DNA of 64,000 nucleotides from Veillonella sp. (lineage in GTDB: Bacteria; Bacillota; Negativicutes; Veillonellales; Veillonellaceae), in the NCBI RefSeq assembly GCF_018381775.1, contig NZ_JAGZRH010000009.1, positions 22,518 through 86,517 of the forward strand, given 5' to 3'. The number at the start of each line of letters is the position of its first letter. The stretch's first letter is position 1. Both the position numbers and the translations under genes were made by a program. Under the pieces are notes generated by a model. The model ran no database searches. It saw nothing but the letters and a program-made list of their open reading frames with translations, and had not been told where the DNA came from. Below, piece by piece: positions 50,656-60,666 of this stretch.

Positions 50656-50883
50656 CATTTGGGGCTGCTATTCTATGCTCAAAATGCATAAAAAGTATGA
50701 ATAGTAGATATAAAAGTTTTTATAACCCCTATAAAGGTAATCTATTATTCATAATTCTTTTAAGCATATATAATGAGTGTAGACAAAAACTCCTAGAGTT
50801 CAATAGCTGATAGTCGCGTATCACGAATTTCTGGGGTAGTGTTAGGATGATTACATGCCTATGTTTTTAAGAAAGGAAGAAAC

Positions 50884-52284
50884 ATGGAAAAATTCTTAAA
50901 ACTAGCACTTATTGTGCTAATCCCAATTATCCTCTGGTTTACAACTCCGCCAGCAGGACTTTCTGCGGAAGCGTGGCGCCTCTTAGGCTTCTACATTGCA
51001 GGTATCGTAGGTTTGATTTTAAAACCATACCCAATTCAAATTATTTTATTAGCTGTATTATCTGCTTCTGCATTATTCTTAGACAATGCAAAAGATATCT
51101 TGGTAGGTTACGGCTCCACTGCATTATGGATGATCATTGCAGCCTTCTCCTTGAGCGTTGCCTTTGGTAAAACTGGTCTTGGTCATCGCGTTGCTTACCA
51201 TTTGATTAATGCATTCGGTTCTACTGTATTACGTCTTGGTTATGTAACAGCACTCCTTGATTTAGTATTATCTCCAGCAACACCTTCTAACACAGCACGT
51301 GCAGCTGGTATCGTATATCCTATTAACTTATCCATTGCAGAATCTATCGGTTCTTATCCTGGTGATACTGCTAAACGCGGCGGTTCCTTCATCTTGATGA
51401 ATGGTTACTTCGTAACAAAGATTACGTCCTTCATGTTCTTAACAGCTATGGCTCCTAATGTGTTGGCTTTGGACTTTGTTACTAAAATCACTGGTCTAAA
51501 CATGACTTGGGCTGAATGGGCTTTGGCTTTAGCTCTTCCTGGCCTTGTAATGTTGATTTTCGTACCACTTGTAGGTTACTGGATCGACCGTCCTGAAGCA
51601 GTAAAAATTGATAATAAAAAATTAGCTGCTGACGGTCTTGCAAAATTAGGACCTATGAAAATGTCTGAAAAAATCTTGGCTGTTGTATTTATTCTTGCTC
51701 TTATCGGTTGGGCATTACCTTCCATCGGTTTTGACTTGAGTCCAACAGCAGTAGCTTTAGTAGCTATGACTGTTGTATTCTTTGCTGGTATCATTACTTG
51801 GGATGATATGGTTCAAACTAAAGCTGTTTGGAATACATTCATCTGGTTTGGTGCTATCCTTGGTTTATCCACTGCTTTGACAAAAGCTAAATTCTTTGCT
51901 TGGCTTGCAGCATACATGCAAGCAAACTTGGCACTTGATGTGTCTCCACTCGTAGTAGTATTGATTCTTTCCGCTATTAGCGTTGTAATTCGTTACTTAT
52001 TCGCTTCCAGTACTGCATACATTGCGTCTATGCTTCCAGTATTCTTAACGGTAGGTATGGCAGCCGGTGTTAACCCAGTTATGTTTGGTCTTGTATTACT
52101 TGCAACAAATGCATTTGGTGGTCTCGTAACTCACTACGGTGCATCCCCTGGTCCAATCATCTACTCTGCAGGTTATAACAACTTGAAAGATTGGTGGACT
52201 GCTGGTGCTATCTTAGCGGTATTGAGTTGGATTCTACTCTTTGTAGTAGGTATTCCTTGGTGGACTTTCATCGGTATGATTTAA
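50884..52284 (+). CDS. citT: DASS-family anion transporter, probable citrate transporter (CitT-like) for the adjacent citrate lyase
   Basis: Paralog of the gene at 15414-16817 with the same SPATPSNTARAAGIVYPI signature. Context: immediately upstream of citDEF. Confidence 0.7.
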   Translation: MEKFLKLALIVLIPIILWFTTPPAGLSAEAWRLLGFYIAGIVGLILKPYPIQIILLAVLSASALFLDNAKDILVGYGSTALWMIIAAFSLSVAFGKTGLGHRVAYHLINAFGSTVLRLGYVTALLDLVLSPATPSNTARAAGIVYPINLSIAESIGSYPGDTAKRGGSFILMNGYFVTKITSFMFLTAMAPNVLALDFVTKITGLNMTWAEWALALALPGLVMLIFVPLVGYWIDRPEAVKIDNKKLAADGLAKLGPMKMSEKILAVVFILALIGWALPSIGFDLSPTAVALVAMTVVFFAGIITWDDMVQTKAVWNTFIWFGAILGLSTALTKAKFFAWLAAYMQANLALDVSPLVVVLILSAISVVIRYLFASSTAYIASMLPVFLTVGMAAGVNPVMFGLVLLATNAFGGLVTHYGASPGPIIYSAGYNNLKDWWTAGAILAVLSWILLFVVGIPWWTFIGMI

Positions 52285-52387
52285 TCACCATATAATTTTA
52301 TAATCATCATTGTTTTTACGGCTTAGGCCAGACTTCGCGACGGTCTGGTCTTTGCCATTTGATATATTTTTAGTGAAAGGATGCAAC

Positions 52388-52657
52388 ATGGCACAATTAG
52401 TAAAAGCTGCACAAGCTGGCTTCGACGAAAAAAATGATGCATTAGTAACGGTTGAACCGATTGCTAGCGGTATCGAAATTGAATTAACATCCAAAGTTAT
52501 CCGTCAATACGGCGACCAAATTAAATCAGTTATCTTGAACACAGTGAAAGAAGCTGGTTTTGATGGCGTGAAAGTAATCGTACAAGATAAAAATGCTTGG
52601 GATTACACAATTAAAGCTCGCGTATTAGGCGCATTGGAAAGGGGGAGCAAAGCATAA
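52388..52657 (+). CDS. citD: citrate lyase acyl carrier protein (gamma subunit)
   Basis: 89 aa; …AGFDEKNDALVTVEP…ESG… with the prosthetic-group serine region. AAAGGA RBS; the track's upstream start was rejected. Confidence 0.85.
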   Translation: MAQLVKAAQAGFDEKNDALVTVEPIASGIEIELTSKVIRQYGDQIKSVILNTVKEAGFDGVKVIVQDKNAWDYTIKARVLGALERGSKA

Positions 52658-53622
52658 TGGCTAACGATAAAACATTCCCAGAAGTTAAAACAAACCCATT
52701 AACAGAGGCTGCTAAAAAACGCTTGTCTCGTTCCATGATGTTCGTACCAGGTAATACACCTAAAATGATTAACAGTGCTGACATTCACGGCTCTGACTCC
52801 ATCATGATCGATATTGAAGATTCCGTGCCTATTACAGAAAAAGATACAGCTCGTCTTTTAACTGCAGAAGCATTGAAATCCCGTAAATTCCGTGCAGAAA
52901 CAGTTGTTCGTATCAACCATCCTACACAAACTCCTTATGGCTATGACGATCTCGATGTAATCGTTCCAGCTAAACCTGATATGATTCGTTTACCTAAAAC
53001 TGAAGATGTTTCTGAAGTTGAAATCGTAGCGAAGAAAATTGAAGAAGTAGAAAAAGCTAACGGCTGGCCAGAAGGTACAATCAACATTATCGTAGCTATC
53101 GAATCCGTTCGTGGCTTGTACAATGTTCGTGAAATCTGTCACGGCCCTCGCGTAGTAGCTATCGCTCTTGGCGCTGAAGACTACCGTGCTGACCTTCGTA
53201 CAGGTAAACATAAACCAGCTGTTGAATTGTTGTTCGCTCGTCAAACAATCCTTCATGCAGCACGCGAAGCAGGTATCCGCGTAATCGATACTGTATTCTC
53301 CGACGTGAAAGACCCTCAAGGTTTCCGCGAAGAAGTTGAATTCATTAAAGCTTTGGGCTACGATGGCAAATCTTGTATCCACCCAAGCCAAATCAAAATT
53401 ATCCACGAAGTATTCACTCCTGACGAAAAAGAAATCGCTCATTCTGTTAAAGTATTGAACAGCTATGCAGATGCATTGCGCAATAATAAAGGCGTAATCT
53501 CCGTAGATGGTAAAATGATCGATGGTCCTATCGTAGTTCGTGCACAACGCGTAGTTGATAAAGCACGTGCAGCAGGCATTAAAGTTGAATTAGAGGAAGG
53601 AGCAGAATACGATGTTAAATAA
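52657..53622 (+). CDS. citE: citrate lyase beta subunit (citryl-CoA lyase)
   Basis: HpcH/HpaI aldolase-like fold, …RSMMFVPGN…; TAATG overlap with citD. Confidence 0.9.
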   Translation: MANDKTFPEVKTNPLTEAAKKRLSRSMMFVPGNTPKMINSADIHGSDSIMIDIEDSVPITEKDTARLLTAEALKSRKFRAETVVRINHPTQTPYGYDDLDVIVPAKPDMIRLPKTEDVSEVEIVAKKIEEVEKANGWPEGTINIIVAIESVRGLYNVREICHGPRVVAIALGAEDYRADLRTGKHKPAVELLFARQTILHAAREAGIRVIDTVFSDVKDPQGFREEVEFIKALGYDGKSCIHPSQIKIIHEVFTPDEKEIAHSVKVLNSYADALRNNKGVISVDGKMIDGPIVVRAQRVVDKARAAGIKVELEEGAEYDVK

Positions 53623-55159
53623 AGTAGGTCGCGATATCCCAACAAATATCCCAGCACTAGAAGGTCGCGAAGTATATCAAGGTGAATTCGCAATTGAACC
53701 TAAAGCTCATCGCGCAGGTAAACCTGTACACATGAGCCGTGTTGGTACAAATAAAGTACTTGCTTCTATCGATGAAGCAATCGAAAAAGCTGGCGTAAAA
53801 GATGGCATGACATTGTCCTTCCATCATCACTTGCGCAATGGCGACTATGTAATGAAAATGGTTATGGAACGCGTTCAAGCAAAAGGCATTAAAGACATTA
53901 CAATCGCGTCTTCTTCCTTGTCCCCATGCCATGAATTCTTGGTAGAAATGATTCAAGATGGTACTGTAACAGCTATCGAAACATCTGGCTTGCGCGATCG
54001 TCTTGGTAAATTCTTAACTCAAAACCCAGGCGTATTAAAACGCCCTGTAGTAATTCGTTCCCACGGTGGTCGTGCTCGTGCTATCGAATCTGGCGAAGTT
54101 CATATTGACGTAGCTTTCATGGGCGCTCCTACAGCTGACCCTCGCGGTAATGCTACTGGTCGTTTGGGTAAATCCGCATGTGGTGCTCTTGGCTATGCTA
54201 AAGTTGATTCCCACTATGCAGACACAACTGTTATCATCACTGATAACTTAGTTGACTATGTACACAACTATGCAATTCCTCAAACTGATGTAGATTATGT
54301 TGTTGAGGTTGAAAGCATTGGTGATCCAGAAGGTATCGCTTCTGGTGCGGTAGGTTTCACTAAAAACCCTATCCAAATCAAAATTGCTGAATTAGCTGGT
54401 GAATTCCTTGATCAAGCTGGCATTATTAAAGATGGTTTCGTATTCCAATTGGGCGCTGGTGGTGCACCATTGACTGTAGCGAAATTCATTGCTGAAAAAC
54501 TTCGCAAACGTGGTGAAGTAGGTGGCTTCGCTATCGGCGGTGCTACTGGTATCTTGACTGGTATGCTTGAAGAAGGCTTGATTCGTGCTATTTACGATAC
54601 TCAAACATTCGATACTACTGCAGCTGCATCCTTGGATAAAAACCCTGCACACATCGAAATGTCCGCTTCCATGTACGCTAACCCATGGACTGACTGCACT
54701 ACAAACTACCTAGACGTAGTATTCCTTGGTGCTACTGAAATCGACCTTGATTTCAACGTAAACGTAATGACTGACTCCAACGGTGTATTGATGGGCGCTT
54801 CTGGCGGTCACTCCGATACAGCAGCAGGTGCTAAATGCACAGTTATTACTTGCCCATTGATCCGCGGCCGCTTGCCAATGATCCGTGACAAAGTTGCAAC
54901 TGTAATTACACCAGGCTCCTCCGTTGACGTACTCGTTACTGAATACGGTATCGCAATCAACCCAGCTCGTACTGATTTGATTGAACGCTTCAAAGATAGC
55001 AACTTGCCTATCTACACAATTGAAGAATTACAACAATTAGCATTCGACTTAGTTGGTAAACCACAAGATATCCCTGTATCTGACAAAGACGAAGACATCA
55101 TCGCAATCGTAGAATACCGCGATGGCTCTATCATCGACGTGGTTCGCAAACCTCTATAA
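53612..55159 (+). CDS. citF: citrate lyase alpha subunit (citrate CoA-transferase)
   Basis: 515 aa with a CitF-family N-terminus; 11-nt overlap with citE. Confidence 0.9.
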   Translation: MLNKVGRDIPTNIPALEGREVYQGEFAIEPKAHRAGKPVHMSRVGTNKVLASIDEAIEKAGVKDGMTLSFHHHLRNGDYVMKMVMERVQAKGIKDITIASSSLSPCHEFLVEMIQDGTVTAIETSGLRDRLGKFLTQNPGVLKRPVVIRSHGGRARAIESGEVHIDVAFMGAPTADPRGNATGRLGKSACGALGYAKVDSHYADTTVIITDNLVDYVHNYAIPQTDVDYVVEVESIGDPEGIASGAVGFTKNPIQIKIAELAGEFLDQAGIIKDGFVFQLGAGGAPLTVAKFIAEKLRKRGEVGGFAIGGATGILTGMLEEGLIRAIYDTQTFDTTAAASLDKNPAHIEMSASMYANPWTDCTTNYLDVVFLGATEIDLDFNVNVMTDSNGVLMGASGGHSDTAAGAKCTVITCPLIRGRLPMIRDKVATVITPGSSVDVLVTEYGIAINPARTDLIERFKDSNLPIYTIEELQQLAFDLVGKPQDIPVSDKDEDIIAIVEYRDGSIIDVVRKPL

Positions 55160-55237
55160 TTGAGTAGTGATGAGAGTCCGGTAGAAACCGTAACGGTTTC
55201 GCTGCTGTCTCATATCCCATGCTGATTAGATAATATA

Positions 55238-55281
55238 AAGACCCTCTCTATAGTCTTTGGACTCATAGAGAGGGTCTTTTA
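55238..55281 (+). terminator. rho-independent terminator after citF
   Basis: AAGACCCTCTCTAT…ATAGAGAGGGTCTT followed by TTTA. An upstream GAAACCG-taa-CGGTTTC hairpin at about 55181-55199 sits within a larger inverted repeat. Confidence 0.8.
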
Positions 55282-55386
55282 TGTATATAAAATGTTGCTT
55301 GAGTAATTGTAGTATAGATGAATATACGATATACTATAAGGTAAAGGAGGTGTTTTATATTACGTTTTATCTATAGGAGAGAGCAT

Positions 55387-56262
55387 ATGAGCCAAGTATT
55401 TAAACAGGATTTAACAGATAATTCAGTTCGTCCTGGCGGTTTGTTTTTCGTTGAGTTATTAATGCCGGAGCAGTGTGATATGCCTAATCGAGATACAATG
55501 GTAGAGGTATTCACAAAGCATTTAGGAACTATTGATTGCTTTAGTTATGGCACTGAATCTGCTGGTTTTGCGCCTCAGAATTATAAGGTTCATTATGAGG
55601 ATAATGATGCTGATGTTCCACCGACTTTAATGGTGACGAATTGTGAGAAAATCGATAAACCTGTACTCGATGATTTTGAACGTAGCCAGGTGTGGGATTG
55701 TCCAAATGTAGACGAGTTGCTAGATGAGTGCCAATATAGAGTATTTGCTACCGATATGTTAGCGTCTGGTTTAGAGCCTAAAGAACGAGCTGATATGCTC
55801 GTGAAATATGTAGATGCACTATTAGAGTTATATCCATCCTGCAAGGCTGTTGTCTTTGGGCCAGCTCGAAAGTTATTAAGTCGTGAAACCATTGAAAATC
55901 ATCCAGATAAAGAGGTAACACGTTTTATTTATTATGCTGTAAATGTGCGATATTTTAGCATTCAAGGCACAGATGACATGATGGTTGATACGTTAGGTAT
56001 GAGTACCTTATTCTACCCTGATTTGCAGTACCATTTTCATGGTATGAACCCCGATGAGATCGTAAATCATGCGTATAGTGTACTGTACTATATCTTTGAG
56101 CACGATAATCCTATTGATGATGGGCAAACGATTGCAGGGTTAGCAAATGGAGATTTGAGTCCAGATATCAAATGGGCGGTTCAGTATGAGGACTCCTTAA
56201 TTCAACCGGTTCGAACTGTTATAGATATTAATATGGGTGAATATGCATCAGGAACACGTTAG
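55387..56262 (+). CDS. hypothetical acidic protein (291 aa)
   Basis: AGGAGAG RBS; soluble with no recognisable motif. Confidence 0.55.
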   Translation: MSQVFKQDLTDNSVRPGGLFFVELLMPEQCDMPNRDTMVEVFTKHLGTIDCFSYGTESAGFAPQNYKVHYEDNDADVPPTLMVTNCEKIDKPVLDDFERSQVWDCPNVDELLDECQYRVFATDMLASGLEPKERADMLVKYVDALLELYPSCKAVVFGPARKLLSRETIENHPDKEVTRFIYYAVNVRYFSIQGTDDMMVDTLGMSTLFYPDLQYHFHGMNPDEIVNHAYSVLYYIFEHDNPIDDGQTIAGLANGDLSPDIKWAVQYEDSLIQPVRTVIDINMGEYASGTR

Positions 56263-56290
56263 TTGTTAATCGATGAAAGGTGTGAGCATT

Positions 56291-56647
56291 ATGAGTGATC
56301 AACGTATTTTTGATATGGAACTTGTGAAAGTTGAAAGCTTGGAGAAAGCTGTTAGGACACCATTTTATGAAACTGATTCCACAGGTGGTTCAGTATGGGT
56401 TATTAAACCTGGTCAAACCTTACCGAAACACTACCATCATCACTCTGATGATATATGGGTTATATTGCAAGGCAAGGGGGTATTTTATCCAACGCCTGAT
56501 ACAGAGGTGCCTTTTACAAAGGGGCAAGTTATAGTATCTAAAAAGGGTGAATGTCATGGTGCAAAAAATACTGGGACAGAAGATATTGTATTTGTGAGTA
56601 TCGTTGCTCCTGTGCCTGCTGATTATGATCCTGTTAGTACAAATTAA
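56291..56647 (+). CDS. cupin domain protein
   Basis: Cupin motifs …PKHYHHHSDDIWVILQGKG… and …GECHGAKN…; the track's start at 56273 is an alternative. Confidence 0.65.
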   Translation: MSDQRIFDMELVKVESLEKAVRTPFYETDSTGGSVWVIKPGQTLPKHYHHHSDDIWVILQGKGVFYPTPDTEVPFTKGQVIVSKKGECHGAKNTGTEDIVFVSIVAPVPADYDPVSTN

Positions 56648-56651
56648 TATG

Positions 56652-56716
56652 AAAGCACTTTATAGTATTTTGCTATCTTATGATAGAGATATATTTATAC
56701 TATAAAGTGCTTTTTT
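56652..56716 (+). terminator. long-stem terminator (AAAGCACTTTATAGTAT…ATACTATAAAGTGCTTT plus TTT)
   Basis: 17-bp stem with a nested small hairpin in the loop. Confidence 0.7.
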
Positions 56717-56889
56717 ATTTTATATAGTCATTCCTAGAGAATATATCTTTTTTTATTTAATATGCCATTATTTAGGTTCCACTATTCCTATTTAGCATCT
56801 CTATATTCTATATAATTCCATTGACAGAGGACTTTTGTTTTCTTAAGATAATAGGGTATGTAATATCTTAAGTAGTAGAAAGGAATTAT

Positions 56890-58203
56890 ATGAGCTCATC
56901 TACACCAGAGCCTCAAAGTGGGGTTATTGATTTTAAAGACTTTACGAAGCGTCGTATGCTACACGTAGTCTTGCCATTATTTATTGTTTCTATTATTGCC
57001 TTTTTGGACCGTGTAAATATTGCCTATGCTGGCTTGACCATGAAGGAGAATTTACCATGGTTGACACCAGAGGTATTTGGTATGGGCGCCGGTATCTTCT
57101 TTATAGGCTATGTTTTATTTGAAGTCCCTGCATCCCTAATCGCTGCTCGCTGTAATGCTATGCATTGGGTAGCGCGTATTATGTTTAGTTGGGGCCTAGT
57201 ATGTATTCTTATGACAACGATGACCACAGAGTTGGAGTTTTATATTTATCGATTCCTTCTTGGTCTATGTGAAGCCTCTTTATATCCTGTAATTTATTCG
57301 TTACTCATTCCAAATTGGTTCTTGCCAAAGGAACGTGCAAAGGCAATCTCCTTGATGTTAACATCTTTATTGTTCTCAAACATCATCGGTGGCCCATTGG
57401 CAGGTATCTTGCTAGATACAACCTTCTTTGGTTTACATGGTTGGCGTACACTCTTTATTGTTGAAGCCATTCCAGCCGTTATCTTTGCTTTCATTTTCGC
57501 ATTCTGGATGAAAGAACGTCCAGATCATGCATCTTGGGTAACTGATGCAGAAAAAGCGTATATCAAGGCTGAACTTGAAAAAGAAGAGCAACAAAAGCAA
57601 GCTGTAAAGAAATATACGACATGGCAAGCTTTAAAAGATCCAAAGGTATTGCGTTTAGCGTTAATTTACTTCTTATGGGTTATTGGTTTCTGGGGCTTTA
57701 GCTTCTGGATGCCTCAAGTGCTTAAAAGCTTATCTGGTTGGCCACCTAGCGTAGTAGCATGGTCTATTGCGATTCCCATGTCTGCTGCATTACTTGTACA
57801 AGTATATTGTGGTTATTCCTCTGAAAAGCGCAATGAAAAACGTTGGCATGTTGCTACAACCTTGTTCATTGGTACTATTGGTTTCTTAGCAACACCACAT
57901 AGTCCATCCCCAGAAATTAGTTTATTCTTTATCTGCTTAACTGCTGTAGGCGTTTACGGTGGCATGGGTGTATGGTGGACAATGCCAACAACCTTCTTAT
58001 CTGGTGCTGCTGCGGCAGGGGCGATGGGCCTTATTAACTCCTCTGGTAACATGGGGGGCTGGGTAGGTCCTTACATGCTTGGTTTCATCAATGGTCATAC
58101 AGGTAGCTTTACTTACGGTTACTATGTAATGGGGGCCTGCATGTTCCTTGCAGCTCTATTGATTTTGACATTACCAAAATCTATGGAACACAAAGACGAC
58201 TAA
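56890..58203 (+). CDS. MFS transporter (anion:cation symporter-like subfamily)
   Basis: 12 TM and 437 aa; MFS signature region (…AFLDRVNIAYAG…). Confidence 0.85.
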   Translation: MSSSTPEPQSGVIDFKDFTKRRMLHVVLPLFIVSIIAFLDRVNIAYAGLTMKENLPWLTPEVFGMGAGIFFIGYVLFEVPASLIAARCNAMHWVARIMFSWGLVCILMTTMTTELEFYIYRFLLGLCEASLYPVIYSLLIPNWFLPKERAKAISLMLTSLLFSNIIGGPLAGILLDTTFFGLHGWRTLFIVEAIPAVIFAFIFAFWMKERPDHASWVTDAEKAYIKAELEKEEQQKQAVKKYTTWQALKDPKVLRLALIYFLWVIGFWGFSFWMPQVLKSLSGWPPSVVAWSIAIPMSAALLVQVYCGYSSEKRNEKRWHVATTLFIGTIGFLATPHSPSPEISLFFICLTAVGVYGGMGVWWTMPTTFLSGAAAAGAMGLINSSGNMGGWVGPYMLGFINGHTGSFTYGYYVMGACMFLAALLILTLPKSMEHKDD

Positions 58204-58359
58204 GTTAAATATTAAAATTACAAATTTAAAAGAGCTATATTTTTTATTCTTTTCTATGACGGATATTGAATAAATATATAGCTCTTTTTCTTTTAGTAAA
58301 TATATTGTTTTATGTATAATAAGAGTAATGTAATCTACAGTAAATAGAGAGAGGATACT

Positions 58360-59256
58360 ATGTATAGAACGTTATTATTAGCAACCGTATTAACAACTTT
58401 CACAATAGGTGTATCTGTAAGTGCCATATCATTACATGATCCGACTGGTGAAGGTAGAGCTGCCTTTGAGAAAATTGCAGTATACAACCGTGACGTTGTT
58501 AAAGTTTCAGGTCCTTATGATTCATGGGAATCAGCTGTTAAGAATTTAGGGCGCGCTAAATATATTAGTGATATAGAACAACGTAAGACGATAGATAAGT
58601 TGCAGAGTCAATTGAAGCCTATATTAGGCGGTTATTATGTATCAGCATATTACGTAGATTCTAATATCCTTACTCATGACGAGGGTACCATTAAAATCAA
58701 ATCGACTACTGATGCGGTAGGTGAAAGTAAATATATTGTAGAGTATAAAACACAAGAGCATTATATTGATTCTGTCTTATGGAATCCATTTGTAGAGAAA
58801 ATTATTACAGTAGCAGATCCGATTATTTCTTATGAGAATCAGTATGGAACGGGAAAACTTATAGTTGTGACAGCCTTTGAATATCAAGAGGATGTTCAAG
58901 GTTTTCCAGATAAGGGACTTATAGCTGCAAATAAAGCTTATAAGGCTGCTGAAGATACGTTGGTTAGTAGAGTATTGGAATTAGGCTGGGTTGATACATC
59001 TCGTGAAGCAGAGTTACGAGATTATTTAAATACAAATGATGGTATTCATAAGGGGTACACTTTGGACGCGATGGGCTTTGGTGTTATGGCTCAAAAAGAT
59101 CTCTTTCTTTATATAGATAATAAAGGTAATTTCCATCATAGGCACTACTCTGTTGTGAGTGAATGGGAAAAATCCTATAATAAGAATTTCAGTTTATATA
59201 AGCGCATTCCCCTTGATAAAAAGATAAAAGCTATTACTGTGGTTCAAACGGATTAA
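58360..59256 (+). CDS. hypothetical secreted protein (signal peptide; 298 aa)
   Basis: N-terminal MYRTLLLATVLTTFTIGVSVSA looks like a signal peptide. AGGA RBS. Confidence 0.5.
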   Translation: MYRTLLLATVLTTFTIGVSVSAISLHDPTGEGRAAFEKIAVYNRDVVKVSGPYDSWESAVKNLGRAKYISDIEQRKTIDKLQSQLKPILGGYYVSAYYVDSNILTHDEGTIKIKSTTDAVGESKYIVEYKTQEHYIDSVLWNPFVEKIITVADPIISYENQYGTGKLIVVTAFEYQEDVQGFPDKGLIAANKAYKAAEDTLVSRVLELGWVDTSREAELRDYLNTNDGIHKGYTLDAMGFGVMAQKDLFLYIDNKGNFHHRHYSVVSEWEKSYNKNFSLYKRIPLDKKIKAITVVQTD

Positions 59257-59269
59257 GGCAGATATAACA

Positions 59270-59328
59270 AAAAGCCAGATACAATGTAAATACTTTTTAG
59301 TATGTATTGTATCTGGCTTTTATTTATT
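59270..59328. terminator. bidirectional terminator between convergent genes (AAAAGCCAGATACAAT…ATTGTATCTGGCTTTT)
   Basis: 16-bp stem with a nested ATACT/AGTAT stem, T-run on the + strand and A-run upstream (U-run on the - strand). Confidence 0.8.
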
Positions 59329-59743
59329 TTTTTACATCCGGTACTTTCCCAGGGTTCATATCGAGGTTTAAATCCGTCGATTTGAATGGGGAAGGGTTAG
59401 CTTCTGGCGGTTGTACTTTAAGCTCTGGGTGCAACCATTGTAGTTGTTTCAGTTCCCAGTCGTACTTGGCACCGTCGTTTTGTAATTGACGAATGTCTTT
59501 AAAGATACCATCCAGTTGGTCGCTATGTTTATTAGCCATCCCTTCTAGGATGTAAAGGCGACCAGCTACACTATCAACGGAAGAACCATCGTGGTCTTCA
59601 TCGACACGCCATTGTAGTTCTGAAATTTGTATTTGCTGGAAGATTATAACAATGACCAGCACGATGATAACGCCCCACATGGGTGTTTCTTTAGCTTTCA
59701 AAAGGGCCCGCAATTTAGATGCGAGCCCAGATGGTTTATTCAT
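59324..59743 (-). CDS. hypothetical single-TM protein with a C-terminal coiled coil, translationally coupled to the upstream LysR (TAATG)
   Basis: Start ATG (59743-59741) overlaps the LysR stop. TM WGVIIVLVIVIIF. The track's longer ORF to 59845 was rejected because it would overlap LysR. Confidence 0.45.
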   Translation of the reverse strand: MNKPSGLASKLRALLKAKETPMWGVIIVLVIVIIFQQIQISELQWRVDEDHDGSSVDSVAGRLYILEGMANKHSDQLDGIFKDIRQLQNDGAKYDWELKQLQWLHPELKVQPPEANPSPFKSTDLNLDMNPGKVPDVKK

Positions 59744-60666
59744 TATTGACGATCCTCGAGTTGTAATCCAGGTAATGGTAATTTGGAATTTACAAAGTCT
59801 AACCACAAGCGAGAAGCGTGGGAGAGGTAATGACCTTTTTTCCAAATAACATAAAGTGTATGAATAATTTCTGGTACAAGTGGACGTACAACGACCTTGG
59901 AACCAACCTCTGTATTTTCACCTGCCTCAGGGCAGAGACGAGATGGTAACAATGCGATGGCAAGGTCTGCACTAACTGTTTGCAACATAAGATCACGTTG
60001 GCTTGTTTCAAATACGATATGAGGTTGAAAACCTGTATGTTTACAAGCTTTGATGATTTCGTCATGCAAATTAAAGTCATCTTTGTGTAATACGAAAGAC
60101 TCGTCAGCTAACATTTCTAAACGAATCTCTTTTTCTTTCGCAAGAGGGCTAGATATTGGAACGATAACGGAAAGCGGATCACTAGTGAGGTAGAAGGACT
60201 CAAATTCTTTTGGATTTGGTTTCGTACAAATGATACCAATATCAATCAAGCCTTCTTGAACACTAATCTCAACTTTTTTAGAACCTTGTTCATAAAGTTC
60301 TAATTCAATTTGTGGATATACTTTTTTGAACTCCCCTAAAAGCTGAGCGAAGATAGGTGCATCGGTAATTGGTGGAATACCAATTCTAATGGAACCTTGC
60401 TCCAAACGAAACTCGTTTTCAAAATCAGTTTTTAGATGTTCAAACATGAATACTACGCGTTTTGCGTGGGTTAAGAAGATGGTACCCCCATCAGTAAGTT
60501 CTACAGATTTAGCATTACGCATGAAGAGAACAACACCAAGTTCGTCTTCTAAAGCTTTAATAGTACGGCTGATAGCGGATTGGGAGATGTGCAAATTCCG
60601 CGCAGCTTTACTAAAGCTTTTTTGATCAGCTACTTCAACGAAGTATTTCAAATGATGAAAATCCAT
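59743..60666 (-). CDS. LysR family transcriptional regulator (divergent from PFOR)
   Basis: HTH …FSKAARNLHISQSAISRTIKALEDELG… and a substrate-binding domain. Confidence 0.85.
   Translation of the reverse strand: MDFHHLKYFVEVADQKSFSKAARNLHISQSAISRTIKALEDELGVVLFMRNAKSVELTDGGTIFLTHAKRVVFMFEHLKTDFENEFRLEQGSIRIGIPPITDAPIFAQLLGEFKKVYPQIELELYEQGSKKVEISVQEGLIDIGIICTKPNPKEFESFYLTSDPLSVIVPISSPLAKEKEIRLEMLADESFVLHKDDFNLHDEIIKACKHTGFQPHIVFETSQRDLMLQTVSADLAIALLPSRLCPEAGENTEVGSKVVVRPLVPEIIHTLYVIWKKGHYLSHASRLWLDFVNSKLPLPGLQLEDRQ

Noticed and set aside
50613-50810. 65-aa ORF in the LysR-citT intergenic region
   Set aside because: It overlaps a strong terminator hairpin, has no RBS, and is AT-rich with low-complexity translation. 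It is most likely spurious.
52990-53547. 185-aa antisense ORF inside citE (and similar antisense ORFs such as 34727-35143, 20305-20739, 10842-11243, 45715-46128)
   Set aside because: They are fully embedded in well-supported conserved genes on the opposite strand and have no RBS or homology signal, as is typical of spurious antisense frames.
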